Source: Amphiscolops sp. MND2022
Lineage: Eukaryota
Reading direction: 5' to 3'
Assembly: GCA_964187785.1 (NCBI GenBank)
Contig: OZ076409.1
Coordinates: 51,462,001 to 51,526,000 of the forward strand
Length of the DNA stretch: 64,000 bases
Under the pieces are notes generated by a model that worked only from the letters and a program-made list of their open reading frames with translations, made no database searches and was not told the origin of the DNA. How positions within the stretch are numbered: position 1 is the stretch's first letter; every line of letters begins with the position of its first letter. Made by a program: the position numbers and the translations under genes. Below, piece by piece: positions 38,897-49,500 of this stretch.

Positions 38897-39554
38897 TGGT
38901 AGAAAGTAAGTTTGTAGAGAGCGAGTTTGTAGAAATATCTTTGTTTAAAATTGATAGTAAGATTGTAGAAAAAGGGTGGCTAAAAATAGGTCGAATTTTT
39001 CTGGTCGAAAGGTCAGAGGTCGAACCTTTTGATCAAATTGCAGGGATCGAATGGAATGTGGTCGAATTTTATCGTATTTGTTGTATGGCTCGGTCGCTTC
39101 GCTCCCTTCGCCAAGTAGCAACATTGAGGCATGCCATATGGCACGTCGCTCCGCTTCGCTTCGCTCCTGCATTCAGGGCACTAGGGATATGTGAACATGT
39201 CTTAATACGTCATAAAAAATTCGATCCGAGTTGTTTCGATCCCTTTCAAAAATTTGGTATGTTGACCTGAGGACTAACTCTGATTTTCGATCCCGTTCCT
39301 TCGACCTATTTCCGCCCACCCGTAGAAAGAAATTCTACAAGCTTACCCACCCATAGTAAGTTTGTAGAACTCTACTTGCTTCGTAGAACTTGCTTTAAAA
39401 AACTTACAATCCGAATGTAGTCGGTAATTTTGTAGAAAACAACCTTGTAGAAGTAAGTTTGTAGACAAGTGATAGTGAGTTTGTAGAAAAGAAATCTACA
39501 ATTTTACCAATCCAATGTAAATTTGTAGAATTCTACAAACTTACTATAATCCCA
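38897..39554. mobile_element. Foldback-like element with AGTTTGTAGAA repeats
   Basis: Ends TGGTAGAAAGTAAGTTTGTAGA / TCTACAAACTTACTATAATCCCA. ATATT duplicated at 38892-38896 and 39555-39559. Confidence 0.7.
38974..39321. mobile_element. Nested Mutator-like MITE
   Basis: TIR GGGTGG..AAATAGGTCGAA / TTCGACCTATTT..CCACCC. 9-bp TSD GTAGAAAAA / GTAGAAAGA. Confidence 0.75.
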
Positions 39555-40344
39555 ATATTCGACGGGGTTTCACAAATATCATTCATTTTGGGTATCAAGT
39601 TTTCAGCTAGGGGGATCCGTGAATTTTTATGAACTCTTTTCAAGTGAACGCTTGAATTAAAAGGCTTCTACCTGAAGTACTACTTCGCAGCACTGGACCT
39701 GCTTTTAATTTTTCTCCTTTTTCTCTTTTCCTCTCTCAGATGACATAGATCGTCGCCAATAGTTGTGCCCCGTAGGTCATCATGTAGGGGTGAGATGACA
39801 CACACCCGTGATCTACAATAAACGATAAAGGACTGCTACCACTACACATGCCAGCCACTATCTCACTAGAGGACTACAGACTGCACTTCCTTCAAAACTT
39901 TTATTCTAAAAACCAAGAAACTCCAATAAACCACAAAGCTTTTGGCTACTGAACTATTATTCTAAATTTACTCCAGTTACAAATTGTTAGACTCAACATT
40001 CTCCCGCAAATAGGGGCTTAATCTCACTAGCCTAATTGTTGTTATAGACTTGTTGGATAGCTTCAGAGATGGCAATGATTTGAGTTTGAGACAACTGGAC
40101 AACATCTCTGACGCTGTTTTGTTGGTTTGTCGCTGCACTTGGTCTGAAAGAACCATCACAACCCGGTGAGATAATTCCATTTTTATTTCATTTTAACAAT
40201 TCAAGGTTTTGTTCTATATACGGATGCTTCACTGTTGTGATTGTATTTTGGGGAGATTGGCATACACCCAAATGTGGTATTCCTGCAAATGGTTAGGTTT
40301 CGAGGTTGAGTTGTGATGAAAAACAACGAAACCTGCATCGCTCC

Positions 40345-42273
40345 GAAGTGTCTGAACGACTGCGTTCCATTTGCACTAAATTAGACGAAGGTAATGTTAC
40401 GGCCGGAATCAGAATGGCAGTAGGCGACGACAAGATTGCAGATTTCACGGTCGACAACTACGCTGCCCTTAAGTTGAAACATCCGCAGAGGGAAACTTGC
40501 TCTGTTCCGGACCCCACAGATATCGATTGTTTTTCAACCTCGGAGTTTTTCGTCCACAAGGCTCTTTTGTCCTTCCCCAACGGCTCTACTGCAGGGTTGG
40601 ATGGCATTTCGCCCCAAATTTTGGACGATTTGACTGCCAAGTCGAACGGGCAAACTGGACTGAATTTTCTCAGAGCCTTAACAAATCTTGTGAATGTGAT
40701 TCTCGAAGGAAAAGTTTCTTTCGAACTTCGGCCGTACTTCTTCGGTGCGAAACTAATTGCGCTAAAAAAGCCCGATGAAGGACTTCGTCCTATCGCTGTA
40801 GGCAATACTTTCCGCCGATTGTCCGCAAAATGTGCCGGATACCACGTCTTCGAATCACGTAAAACAAGATATGGAAATCGACAAGTAGGTGTAGGTACCA
40901 AAAGGGGGCGCTGAATTGGCCTCACATGTTCTCCGTTGTTTGATAAAAAACCCTCAGCCCAAAGAAAACGTAATTTTGATAATTGACTTTAAAAAGGCTT
41001 TCAATTCGATAAACCGGCAATTCATGCTAAAGAAAGTTTTTGAAATACACCCTGAAATTTATAAGTATTCACACTCTGCGTACAGTCAGCCAAGTTTTCT
41101 TTTTTACGGTGATTCAGTAATCAAATCTTGTGAAGGGACCCAGCAAGGAGATCCTGAGTCTCCAGCTTTGCTTTCGGATTCCATTCAGGATCTGATTGAC
41201 AGTTTGGAGTCGAAAATAAACTTATGGTACCTTGACGATGGAAATTTAAGTGATGATTACCGAACCGTTTTGAAAGATCTCAAAAAATTTGTTGAAGCGG
41301 AAAGAACGCTGGGACTCGAAATTAAACCCACGAAAAGTTTAATTGTTTTCCCTGGTGACATCACTGAAAAACGAAAATCGACAATTTTAGCATCTTTCCA
41401 AAAACTTTGCCCCGGGATCAAAACACCAAAGAAATATGAACTTATCATTCTTGGTTCACCGCTCGGTCAAAAATCACAAGCAGACCTATTGGAAAAGAAA
41501 ATTAATGAACTGGAAAAAGTTAACGAGATTGTTGAAAAACTAGATGCGCACTATGGTTTTTTATGTTGAAAAATTGCTTCAGTTTGCCAAAGTTGTTGTA
41601 CTTCCTGAGAACCAGTACATGTTTTAATCATCCAGCTCTCTTGGAGAAATATGACAAAACCGTGCGCGACGGACTTTCCAAAGTGTGTAACGTGAACTTC
41701 GACGATATTTCGAGTACTCAGCTGGCTCTGCCTGCTGAGATGGGTGGTCTTGGGGTTTCATCCGCATCATTATTAGCACTTCCCGCCTTTTTGGCCTCAG
41801 CTTTTGGTGCGAGTGATTTTCTCACGATGATTTTCTCGGAAACATTCGAAGATGTTTCGTTTACAAAAACGCTTGAGAAGTGGTTGAGTTTGACGAATGA
41901 ACAGGAAAGTCCCCTCGATGGAACTCAGAAAACTTGGACACAACCTGTCTACGTCAAAACCGCCCAAGATTTGATTTCTAGAATGGATGACAAACGTTCG
42001 AAAGTTTTCAACGCTCATCAAGGCAAATTCGGGTCTCAATGGCTGAACGTCGTTCCTTGCAAGAACCTAGGCCTGAAACTTGATGATCAGCAACTTCGAA
42101 TTTCAATTGGTTTGCGTCTCGGTGCCAACATCTGCGTTGCGCATACGTGCCACTGTGGTAAAAGAGTTGAACGGGACGGTTTACACGGTCTTTCTTGCAC
42201 CAAGAGTGCTGGTCGCTTCTCACGTCATGCTACTCTCAATTCCCTCATAAAGCAGACGTTGGGATCTCTGGAC
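40345..42273 (+). mobile_element. CRE-clade RLE non-LTR retrotransposon, RT part (5'-truncated, frameshifted)
   Basis: LRPIAVGNTFRRL, IDFKKAFNS, GTQQGDP, WYLDDG, LGSPLG, LP..MGGLG, CHCG..GLHGLSC..RH. Two frameshifts (~40910 and ~41560). Confidence 0.9.
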
Positions 42274-42856
42274 GGGTACAAGACATATTGCTTAATTCCA
42301 TATTGCTCAATGCCATATTGCCTAATTTTGTGGACATATTGCTTAATAATTTTTAAGCAATATGGATAATGCCATATTGCTCAATTTTGTGGACATATTG
42401 CTTAATAATTTTAAGGCAATATGGATGTGTTTTCACATTGAGTAATGAGTGATGAATCGAGTAATGCGTCGGATCTAAGTGACACTTATAACACGTGCCT
42501 CGGATATGTCCCCATTTCCTCTGGTGGCCCGCGGCCCCTTGGGGCCGCTCATATTCCCATTTTGCTAAGCGAGGTTGAACAGGAGCAAAGACCTAGCGGG
42601 AACGGAGATCGCGAAGCGATCGTAGTGGGAGCTGGTCTTTGCGTCGGTGAGGGCGAGCGTGCATACATCGCATATGCCCCACATAATATTTTCGCTTTCA
42701 GAACACATATTAGATCATAAAGGCGTTAGACCTAAGTATTTTAGATAAAAATAGATCTGAAAGTTAGACCTACCGTTGAATCTAATTCCATACGACACAT
42801 ATCATACTCAGAACACATATTAGATCATAAGACCTATTAGATCATATTAGACCTAA

Positions 42857-43569
42857 TGTAACGTCCACCAGTCAAGGTCAAAAATTTCAAAAATTCGAAG
42901 AATACCCAAAAAGTGTGCGAATCAAAATGGCCGACCTAGCAGGTCGTTAAAATCGAAAGGGAAGCACACACAACGCAAAAAGACCCCCCCCCAGACCACA
43001 GAGAAGACCGAAAAGCAGCGAAAGAAGATATTCAGAAGCAGAAATTAGCCAATACCCTAGTGTTGTGCCATCAAAACCGGAAAATCGCAAGAATGAGCCG
43101 GAAAAGGGATGAAGAAGAAGGTGCGATTTTTGCGTGAGTTGAACCCAAGGCTCAAAACTCGCTGAGAACTGTTCAGAATGCCTCCCCAGTGCTGTTTTAT
43201 AGTATTTTGGCAGATTTTCAGGTGTTTGTTAATGGTAAAACTGGAAGGTGTTGATTTTAGACGTTATTCTTTTAATTGAGATGTGCTCTGACTAAACCCC
43301 TGTTTTCAGACCTCGGAGGTATGTAGGATCGCAGGAAGCCTTCAGGACCGTTTTTACGTGCTTGTGGGACGTGTCCGGACTTTGAGTGTGCCGGCACGTC
43401 GCCACGGAGCTCTAATATGAGGAGTCTCCTCGGCGTCTTGGAAAAGTCCCTACAGAGACCATTTGGGACTTAAAACTAATGTTTAGGTTGTTGTAAGACA
43501 CTGGTCTCTTGTTAAGGCAACCTGGGCATTGTCCCGGTTCTGGAATGTAGCTGTTAGCTTGACGTTACA
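42857..43569 (+). repeat. 5' LTR
   Basis: TG...CA with a 9-bp terminal inverted repeat. About 9 substitutions versus the 3' LTR, counted by eye. Confidence 0.97.
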
Positions 43570-43585
43570 TCTAGGATAGTTTTTA

Positions 43586-43603
43586 TGGCGCCCCACAAGG
43601 GAC
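43586..43603 (+). promoter_or_regulatory. Candidate primer-binding site (tRNA-Lys-like), displaced from the LTR
   Basis: TGGCGCCCCACAAGGGAC matches the tRNA-Lys3 PBS TGGCGCCCGAACAGGGAC at 15/18 positions but lies 16 nt downstream of the LTR. Confidence 0.4.
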
Positions 43604-46586
43604 GTTTTTTCCATCTTTTCGCCATAATTGGAGTTTTTCCTGCTTTCCGGCCCTGCTAGGTCCGGATCTAGGAAAACTTGCTGGTGAGTCCTAGATTGTT
43701 TTTATTGCTTTTATCTAGCCCTTTGGGCCTTGTATTAGTGTTTTTCCTGCGTTTCCTGCATGTTTCCGAGGTCTCCAGCCTGAAAAAGACAATAGAGACA
43801 GGGTACCCCCTTGTACCTTATCTGTACTTATTGAAAGAGCTATTCCGGCCTATCCGGAACGTGTTTTAACGGGTTTTCCAGCTTCTTTTCAGCCAATTGG
43901 CAATGTACAGGGACTGCGAGGACGGTTCGTGAAGACCCGAGCTAGCTGAGTGCAGGACTACAGGTGCTTCACGTCATAGCCTCTTCCTCCCCACCTGGTG
44001 CCGATTCACCGAAGACAGCTGGGTTATTTCGTTCCCTTTACGTTTTCTAGCCCCAAATTAGTATTCCCAGGCCTGTTTTTGCATAAACTAACTGAGAAAA
44101 ATACCCACAGGGTGTTTGCATCAATTATTTTGAAGTTTGAGCTCGGAAACATCGAAAATTACACTAATAATAGCTCAAATATCGAATTTTCCCGTTTTGG
44201 AAGCCAGAATCTTGTAGAATTGTATACGGCCTATAGGAATACCTGAAAAACGTTCTGTCAGACCTACAAGGTCAAGAATAAACTTTTTTGTTGGGCTGAT
44301 TTTTTGAAAAACATGAAAAATTCAGCAACTTTTGTTTAAAAATCGTCAAAATTGGCCATTTTGACCAATTTTGGTAAGGGCGAAGCATTGGGTGTTTGTT
44401 CCCAAGCCTCTTGAAAGGCCCAAAAATTTTGTTGTTGTGCTTGGTAGTACGCAATACTACTACCAAGACGGTTTTTGACCACCCCCAATATAAATTGAAG
44501 TTTTAACATCACTTTTCTTTCATTAAAATAGACCTGAGTACAGGACCCCAAATACCTGAGAGGTATAACATCAAAAGTAATAATTGAAAGAACCCCAGTC
44601 CCCTAAATAAAGTAGTTACACCTTCCTACTGTACTGTTAAAACCATCTCGAACCTCTGGGAACCGAAGAATAAAAAGGGAAAATACGTGTTTTTCATAGG
44701 TGTTCCCAGAGTGTCCAAGGTGTAACCTAAAATCAATTTTGAGAGACCTTATTTGGAACCTGCCAGGTTTCGCTCGCCTATTTTCTGTTAGTAGAGAGTA
44801 CTAGATTACTAACGCCGAAAACCGCGAGTGATTCCAACCAGTGGTTGTTGAGAAATAGTCCAAAACGTGCTATTTTTGCGACATTATCGGAACATTGAAA
44901 TAGTGTTTCAAAGAAAGGTCGAAATCTCTCCTAGCAAGAGTAGCCCAAAACGGATTGCACCATCGTGTAGACCGCAAAAAGTTACGTTAGTGGTGTAATT
45001 TTCGTAGCGCTACCATTACTAGTGATCGAGAAATCTTAGCCGCAGTTTTGCTCAAAAATGATCCGAAAATGTCGAAAAAATTGAATTTTAGTTGAGCATA
45101 GTGCAATACCTCGAAGGTACCCCAACACTAAAATTCTTGCATTTTCGTGCACACGGCACTGGATCCTGACGATTTGTGCAATTTGAGCAGCCGGCTACTA
45201 GCCAAAGCTGAGAAATTGACATTTTTGTGATTTTTGACCCGAAAAAGCGGTACCCCTGGTACATCAAGGTTTTGTCACTTCATATCGCCAGATATAGATC
45301 AAAGCACCTCGCCGCTGAATTTTTCTGTTATGTGGGCATAATTCACGCTCGCATACAAAATTTCAAGTAGCTAGGAAGCCTGGAAGGCGAGTTTGACAGA
45401 CTTGTGTGAATTTCGCAACATAGTCGATTTTTCAAGTAACATTGGTGAGCGACCCTGAAGCACGAGGAAACAATTTTGGCGCAATCGGCGGTTAGTTTCT
45501 CACGATTTAGCCACTGTAGTATACCGTGTTATATTTTCAGGTCGCTACTAGCTCTAGAAGTGATTTCCACCATCCCCAGGCGTGCACTTTGGTGAAAAAA
45601 ATTGCTGATTTTGAGAAATTTTGCGAAAAATTCACATATTTTTCGTAAGTGTAGTTGCAAGAAAGGGCTCAAACGACCCTAATTCTACACCAGGCACCCA
45701 TAGCACGTCCTGCCGAGGTAATCAGATTCGAGCTAGCTCAACCCTGAGATCCTGGGTTTGTGAAAAGCTGTTGACGAGACATAGGAGTGAAAAACACAAA
45801 AAACGTGTTTTCTCTACTGACGGCCACCGAAGTCACCTAAGTACGAGCTAATAGCTATAGCCACGTTGGCCTCGACTGAGAAGTGACGTGAGAAAGCTAG
45901 AACGCATCTAGGAGTTTTTTAGGAGACTTAGACTTCGGACGCGGTGCGTCTCAAGACAGAAAATTGAGTATAGTAGCATTTGAAATAGTGAAGATCTGTA
46001 TTTCTATTGATCGTGCTACGATCAGATTGGGAAAACCCTCTCGTTCGAAGGTGTCCTGACATTTGCTCACCCCCAAGGTCTATTCCCCAATTCCCCTTTT
46101 TTGTAGTAATCCCTCTCGTGCTCTCTTATTAAAGGGCAGTGCGAGTAACATAAAGCACGTTTGTGAAGCAAAGTACGGTGATTTCTTGAATAAACCTCCG
46201 TAAAACCTTGCTAGCGTGCCAAAACTTTTTTGTTCGCTCCAACCGCGTAGCCTGTGGCTGGATTAAGCGTAGTTTAGTGCAAGTAGCTTGTCAAAGTACC
46301 TCAAAAAAAACTTAAAAGGCTTAACTTTAACTTTTCGTAGGATAACTATCTCCAGTTAGTGGGGAAGCAAACCTTTCTGTTCTAATTATTGCATGTAATC
46401 TGGAGTCTGAGGTTTGCGAAGGCCAGCTATTTTCGATTTAGAATCTAGAAAGCAATCACGAGCTGCAAGCTCCAGAACGTAGTGGTCCCATAGTTTAGTT
46501 TAAATAATAGTTAGGGAGTACATCGAAAACTTCCTATTTTTGTTTGTCTTGCGTTTGACTTTGCACAAAGAAGGATAGAGTGAGTA

Positions 46587-49500
46587 ATGAAAAAAGCCAA
46601 AGCCCTGTTCAAAAGCTGGGTTACCAGAGGAAACAGTAGTCAGAGCAGTCCATCGAGCATGAAATCAGGCGAGATTGAGTATCTGAAGTCTTTGAATGAG
46701 TCGAACAGGCAGTCTAGTGGCTTCCACGCTACGAATCCATTTGCAAGTGGTGTAGAGGAGTTGTCTAGGCTTAGTGCACGTGCTGAGATAGCAGCGGATG
46801 ACATGATTGCAAACATGTTTTTATACGACGTCATGTCAAATAACATGTCAAATGCCGAGCAAAACTCGCAAATGGCATACATCAGCCAACTAAACTCCTC
46901 TCGAGCATCTTCGGATAGCGCTTACTTTGTAAATGGCACTGCCATGAACTGTGGCAGCGTCTGGCCTCCCGTGAATAACTCTGCGATTGCCTGGGCAGAT
47001 TGGCCAATTTCAAATCTAGAACAAGCTACTAGCTCGGACATCAGCAAATGGGTAGAGAACATGAATGCAGGCACGGCCTTTGGAGAGATTACACCACAAG
47101 TGAGTCTGGATGTGGACCCGCTGGGTTCCGGAGTTCCTGTGTTTGCTGCTAGTAGGAGCGCTGTTGCTGACACCGCAAGTACTCCTCCAGGAAACCAGCT
47201 GGGAAAGCGGGAGACAATAAAAGAGGTGAACTTCCAGAACTATACCTTAACCACATCACCTCTGCTAGGCCCTAGTACCTTCCAACTAGGAGGGACGGCA
47301 ATTTCCCAATATTCACGCTCAAATAGCATAGCGTCCCCAAGCTCGACCATCACTGGCTGCATCAAGGAAACTGAAGCCACCAGGGAAGACTTGGGACGGA
47401 GCTTAGCACAGTTGAAACAAGTCCAAGCCAATTTAGTCCAAGAGAATGGTGACCATGCTCAGCCAGCTGAAGTCTTAATGAAAGAAATGGAGGAACTGAG
47501 AAGAGGAGTAATTGAAATGAAGATGGAAGGGCACATCAATCAGGGCAAAATGGAAACCTCAATGGCATCAGTCAAGGGTTTAACTGAAAAGCTCATATCG
47601 GAAATGACTGCGATAATGGCGCAAAGAGATCACCAAGCCGATGAACGACTGACGCTCATTTCCGAAACTATGCATCGCAGAGACATAGATGTCGACAAGC
47701 GCATGGTGGACCTCATGACTACAGTTCAAGAGTTGACCCTAGGGGTAAGAGCTGTAGTGGCGACGGTACCAAGTCGTCCTTCACCTGTGCCGGTGGCACT
47801 AAACCCTGCGAACGTACCATCCACTAATGAATCTTCAATTCAGCAACCCACCAATAGAGAAGTAGTTCAGCGCCAGAGCAGAACGAAACCCGATCAAAGA
47901 AACTTGAATCCAGAAACAGTAGAAGATGCTGCAAAAAGCAATACACCGAACACAATACATGGGCAAGCGTTAGCCGAAGCAATAACAACCGCGATGTCCA
48001 AGGGTTTGGAACCATTGCTAGCAGCAAAAGAAGCCAAAAATATACCAACAAAATACCGCGGTACGCGCGACGGGATAATAGATGTTTGGCTAATGCTCAT
48101 GAAACGTTATTTGGAGAAAGCACACGCAAAGGATACTCCACTGGACAGAGCATGGACCATCGTTGAATTCCTAGAGAATGAGGCACAAGTCTACATCATG
48201 AACAAATCCGAGGCTGAGCGCGACACGGATGAAAAAGTCTTTGCGCTACTAGCGCGTCGATTTGGAACGGGATCTAGCAAGTTCCAAATACAACAGCAGT
48301 TCCGTACACGCAATCAGTCCGACAACGAAGACTACATGCAATATCTTGACGCTCTTGAAGGTTTGCGCAGCCAAGGTTTTCCTAACGAGGACGTTACTGT
48401 AAGGCGTTACGAAATCATGCAGAGGTTCATTGAAGGGGTACGCAGCTTTGAGTTGAAGCGAAATCTCGCACTCATGTACGCACAAGAACAGTACGTGGAT
48501 ACACCTCCAACAGTGGAAGCACTACGGTTCACGGTACAACAATACTTGCATATGCGCGGCCCCATCCGCTCTGAGAACTATCCAGCGCCTCAGCAACACC
48601 AAGAGCCGTTACTTCCTAGCCACCAAAACCCGATACCGGCAGCGGCTCCTCAAGCGCCTAATGGGCAGCTACCTCCACAGCCAGTGGCAGTTCGACAGCA
48701 ACCACCGAAGCCATCTAGAGCGTGTGTCAATTGTGGCGACCCGTCACATTTTGTTGCCGATTGCACTTTGAAAGATCGCGCACACAAACCAGTGCCTCAA
48801 CTAGTTACTTCATGTCGAACAAACCCAGCTGGTGAATGGTCTTGTCCTTCTAACTCTCAGGGCATGAATAACGACGTTGTGCCTGCGGCACTACCAGCAC
48901 AAGCACCGCCCACACTACGCGTCACTTTTGATTGCACGGGCAACATTGCATCCGAATGCATGGTGCCTGGGAATGCAGCAACAGAAGAACAAGTGAAAGC
49001 GGCGTGGTACGCCCCTTTCGCGAATTTCGCGGACATTATAGATACTGATGATCAAATACGGGTGATCTCAACTTCAGAAGAAGGAGGCCCCTCACGTCCT
49101 GTGGTTGTGACTTGCGGTGAAAAACAAATCTTGACGACGCTTGAAGCCCCAGCACCTGATTGTACTGAGACTTTAATTTCTATCCACTTGCTATTATCAG
49201 CAGAACAAAAAGCACGTCCAAACCTCACGTTGGCACAACTAAAAGAGGAACTTTGCCGCAATACCAGTCTCACGATAGCTTCGAGACCCTTACCGCATTT
49301 TACTAGAGATGACGAGACCAAGCTAGCCCAAATACACAAGGTCAAAACAATCGCGCCAGTCCCCATTGCAATCACGGTTGATGGTGTCGACATGAAATTC
49401 GACGCGATTGTTGTCCTGGAAGGACACTTTCCGCAGGGACTGTACTTGGGCAGGCAAGAAATGCGCTGTTATAACATCGGAGTGCAGGATGCACAAGGAG

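Larger units (their letters stand above)
37716..39900 (-). mobile_element. 3'-truncated CRE-like retrotransposon (leader, N-terminal Zn finger, start of RT), interrupted by two insertions
   Basis: Peptides nearly identical to 40306-40914 (DGIS..DL.AKSNGQTG..PYFFGAKLIALKKPD.GLR). ATG at 39746 followed by a HLKRVH finger remnant. Confidence 0.85.

Noticed and set aside
42493..42683. Shared core as an HDV-like ribozyme, 7SL, U3 or RNase MRP RNA
   Set aside because: Required conserved motifs and pairings could not be fitted on either strand.
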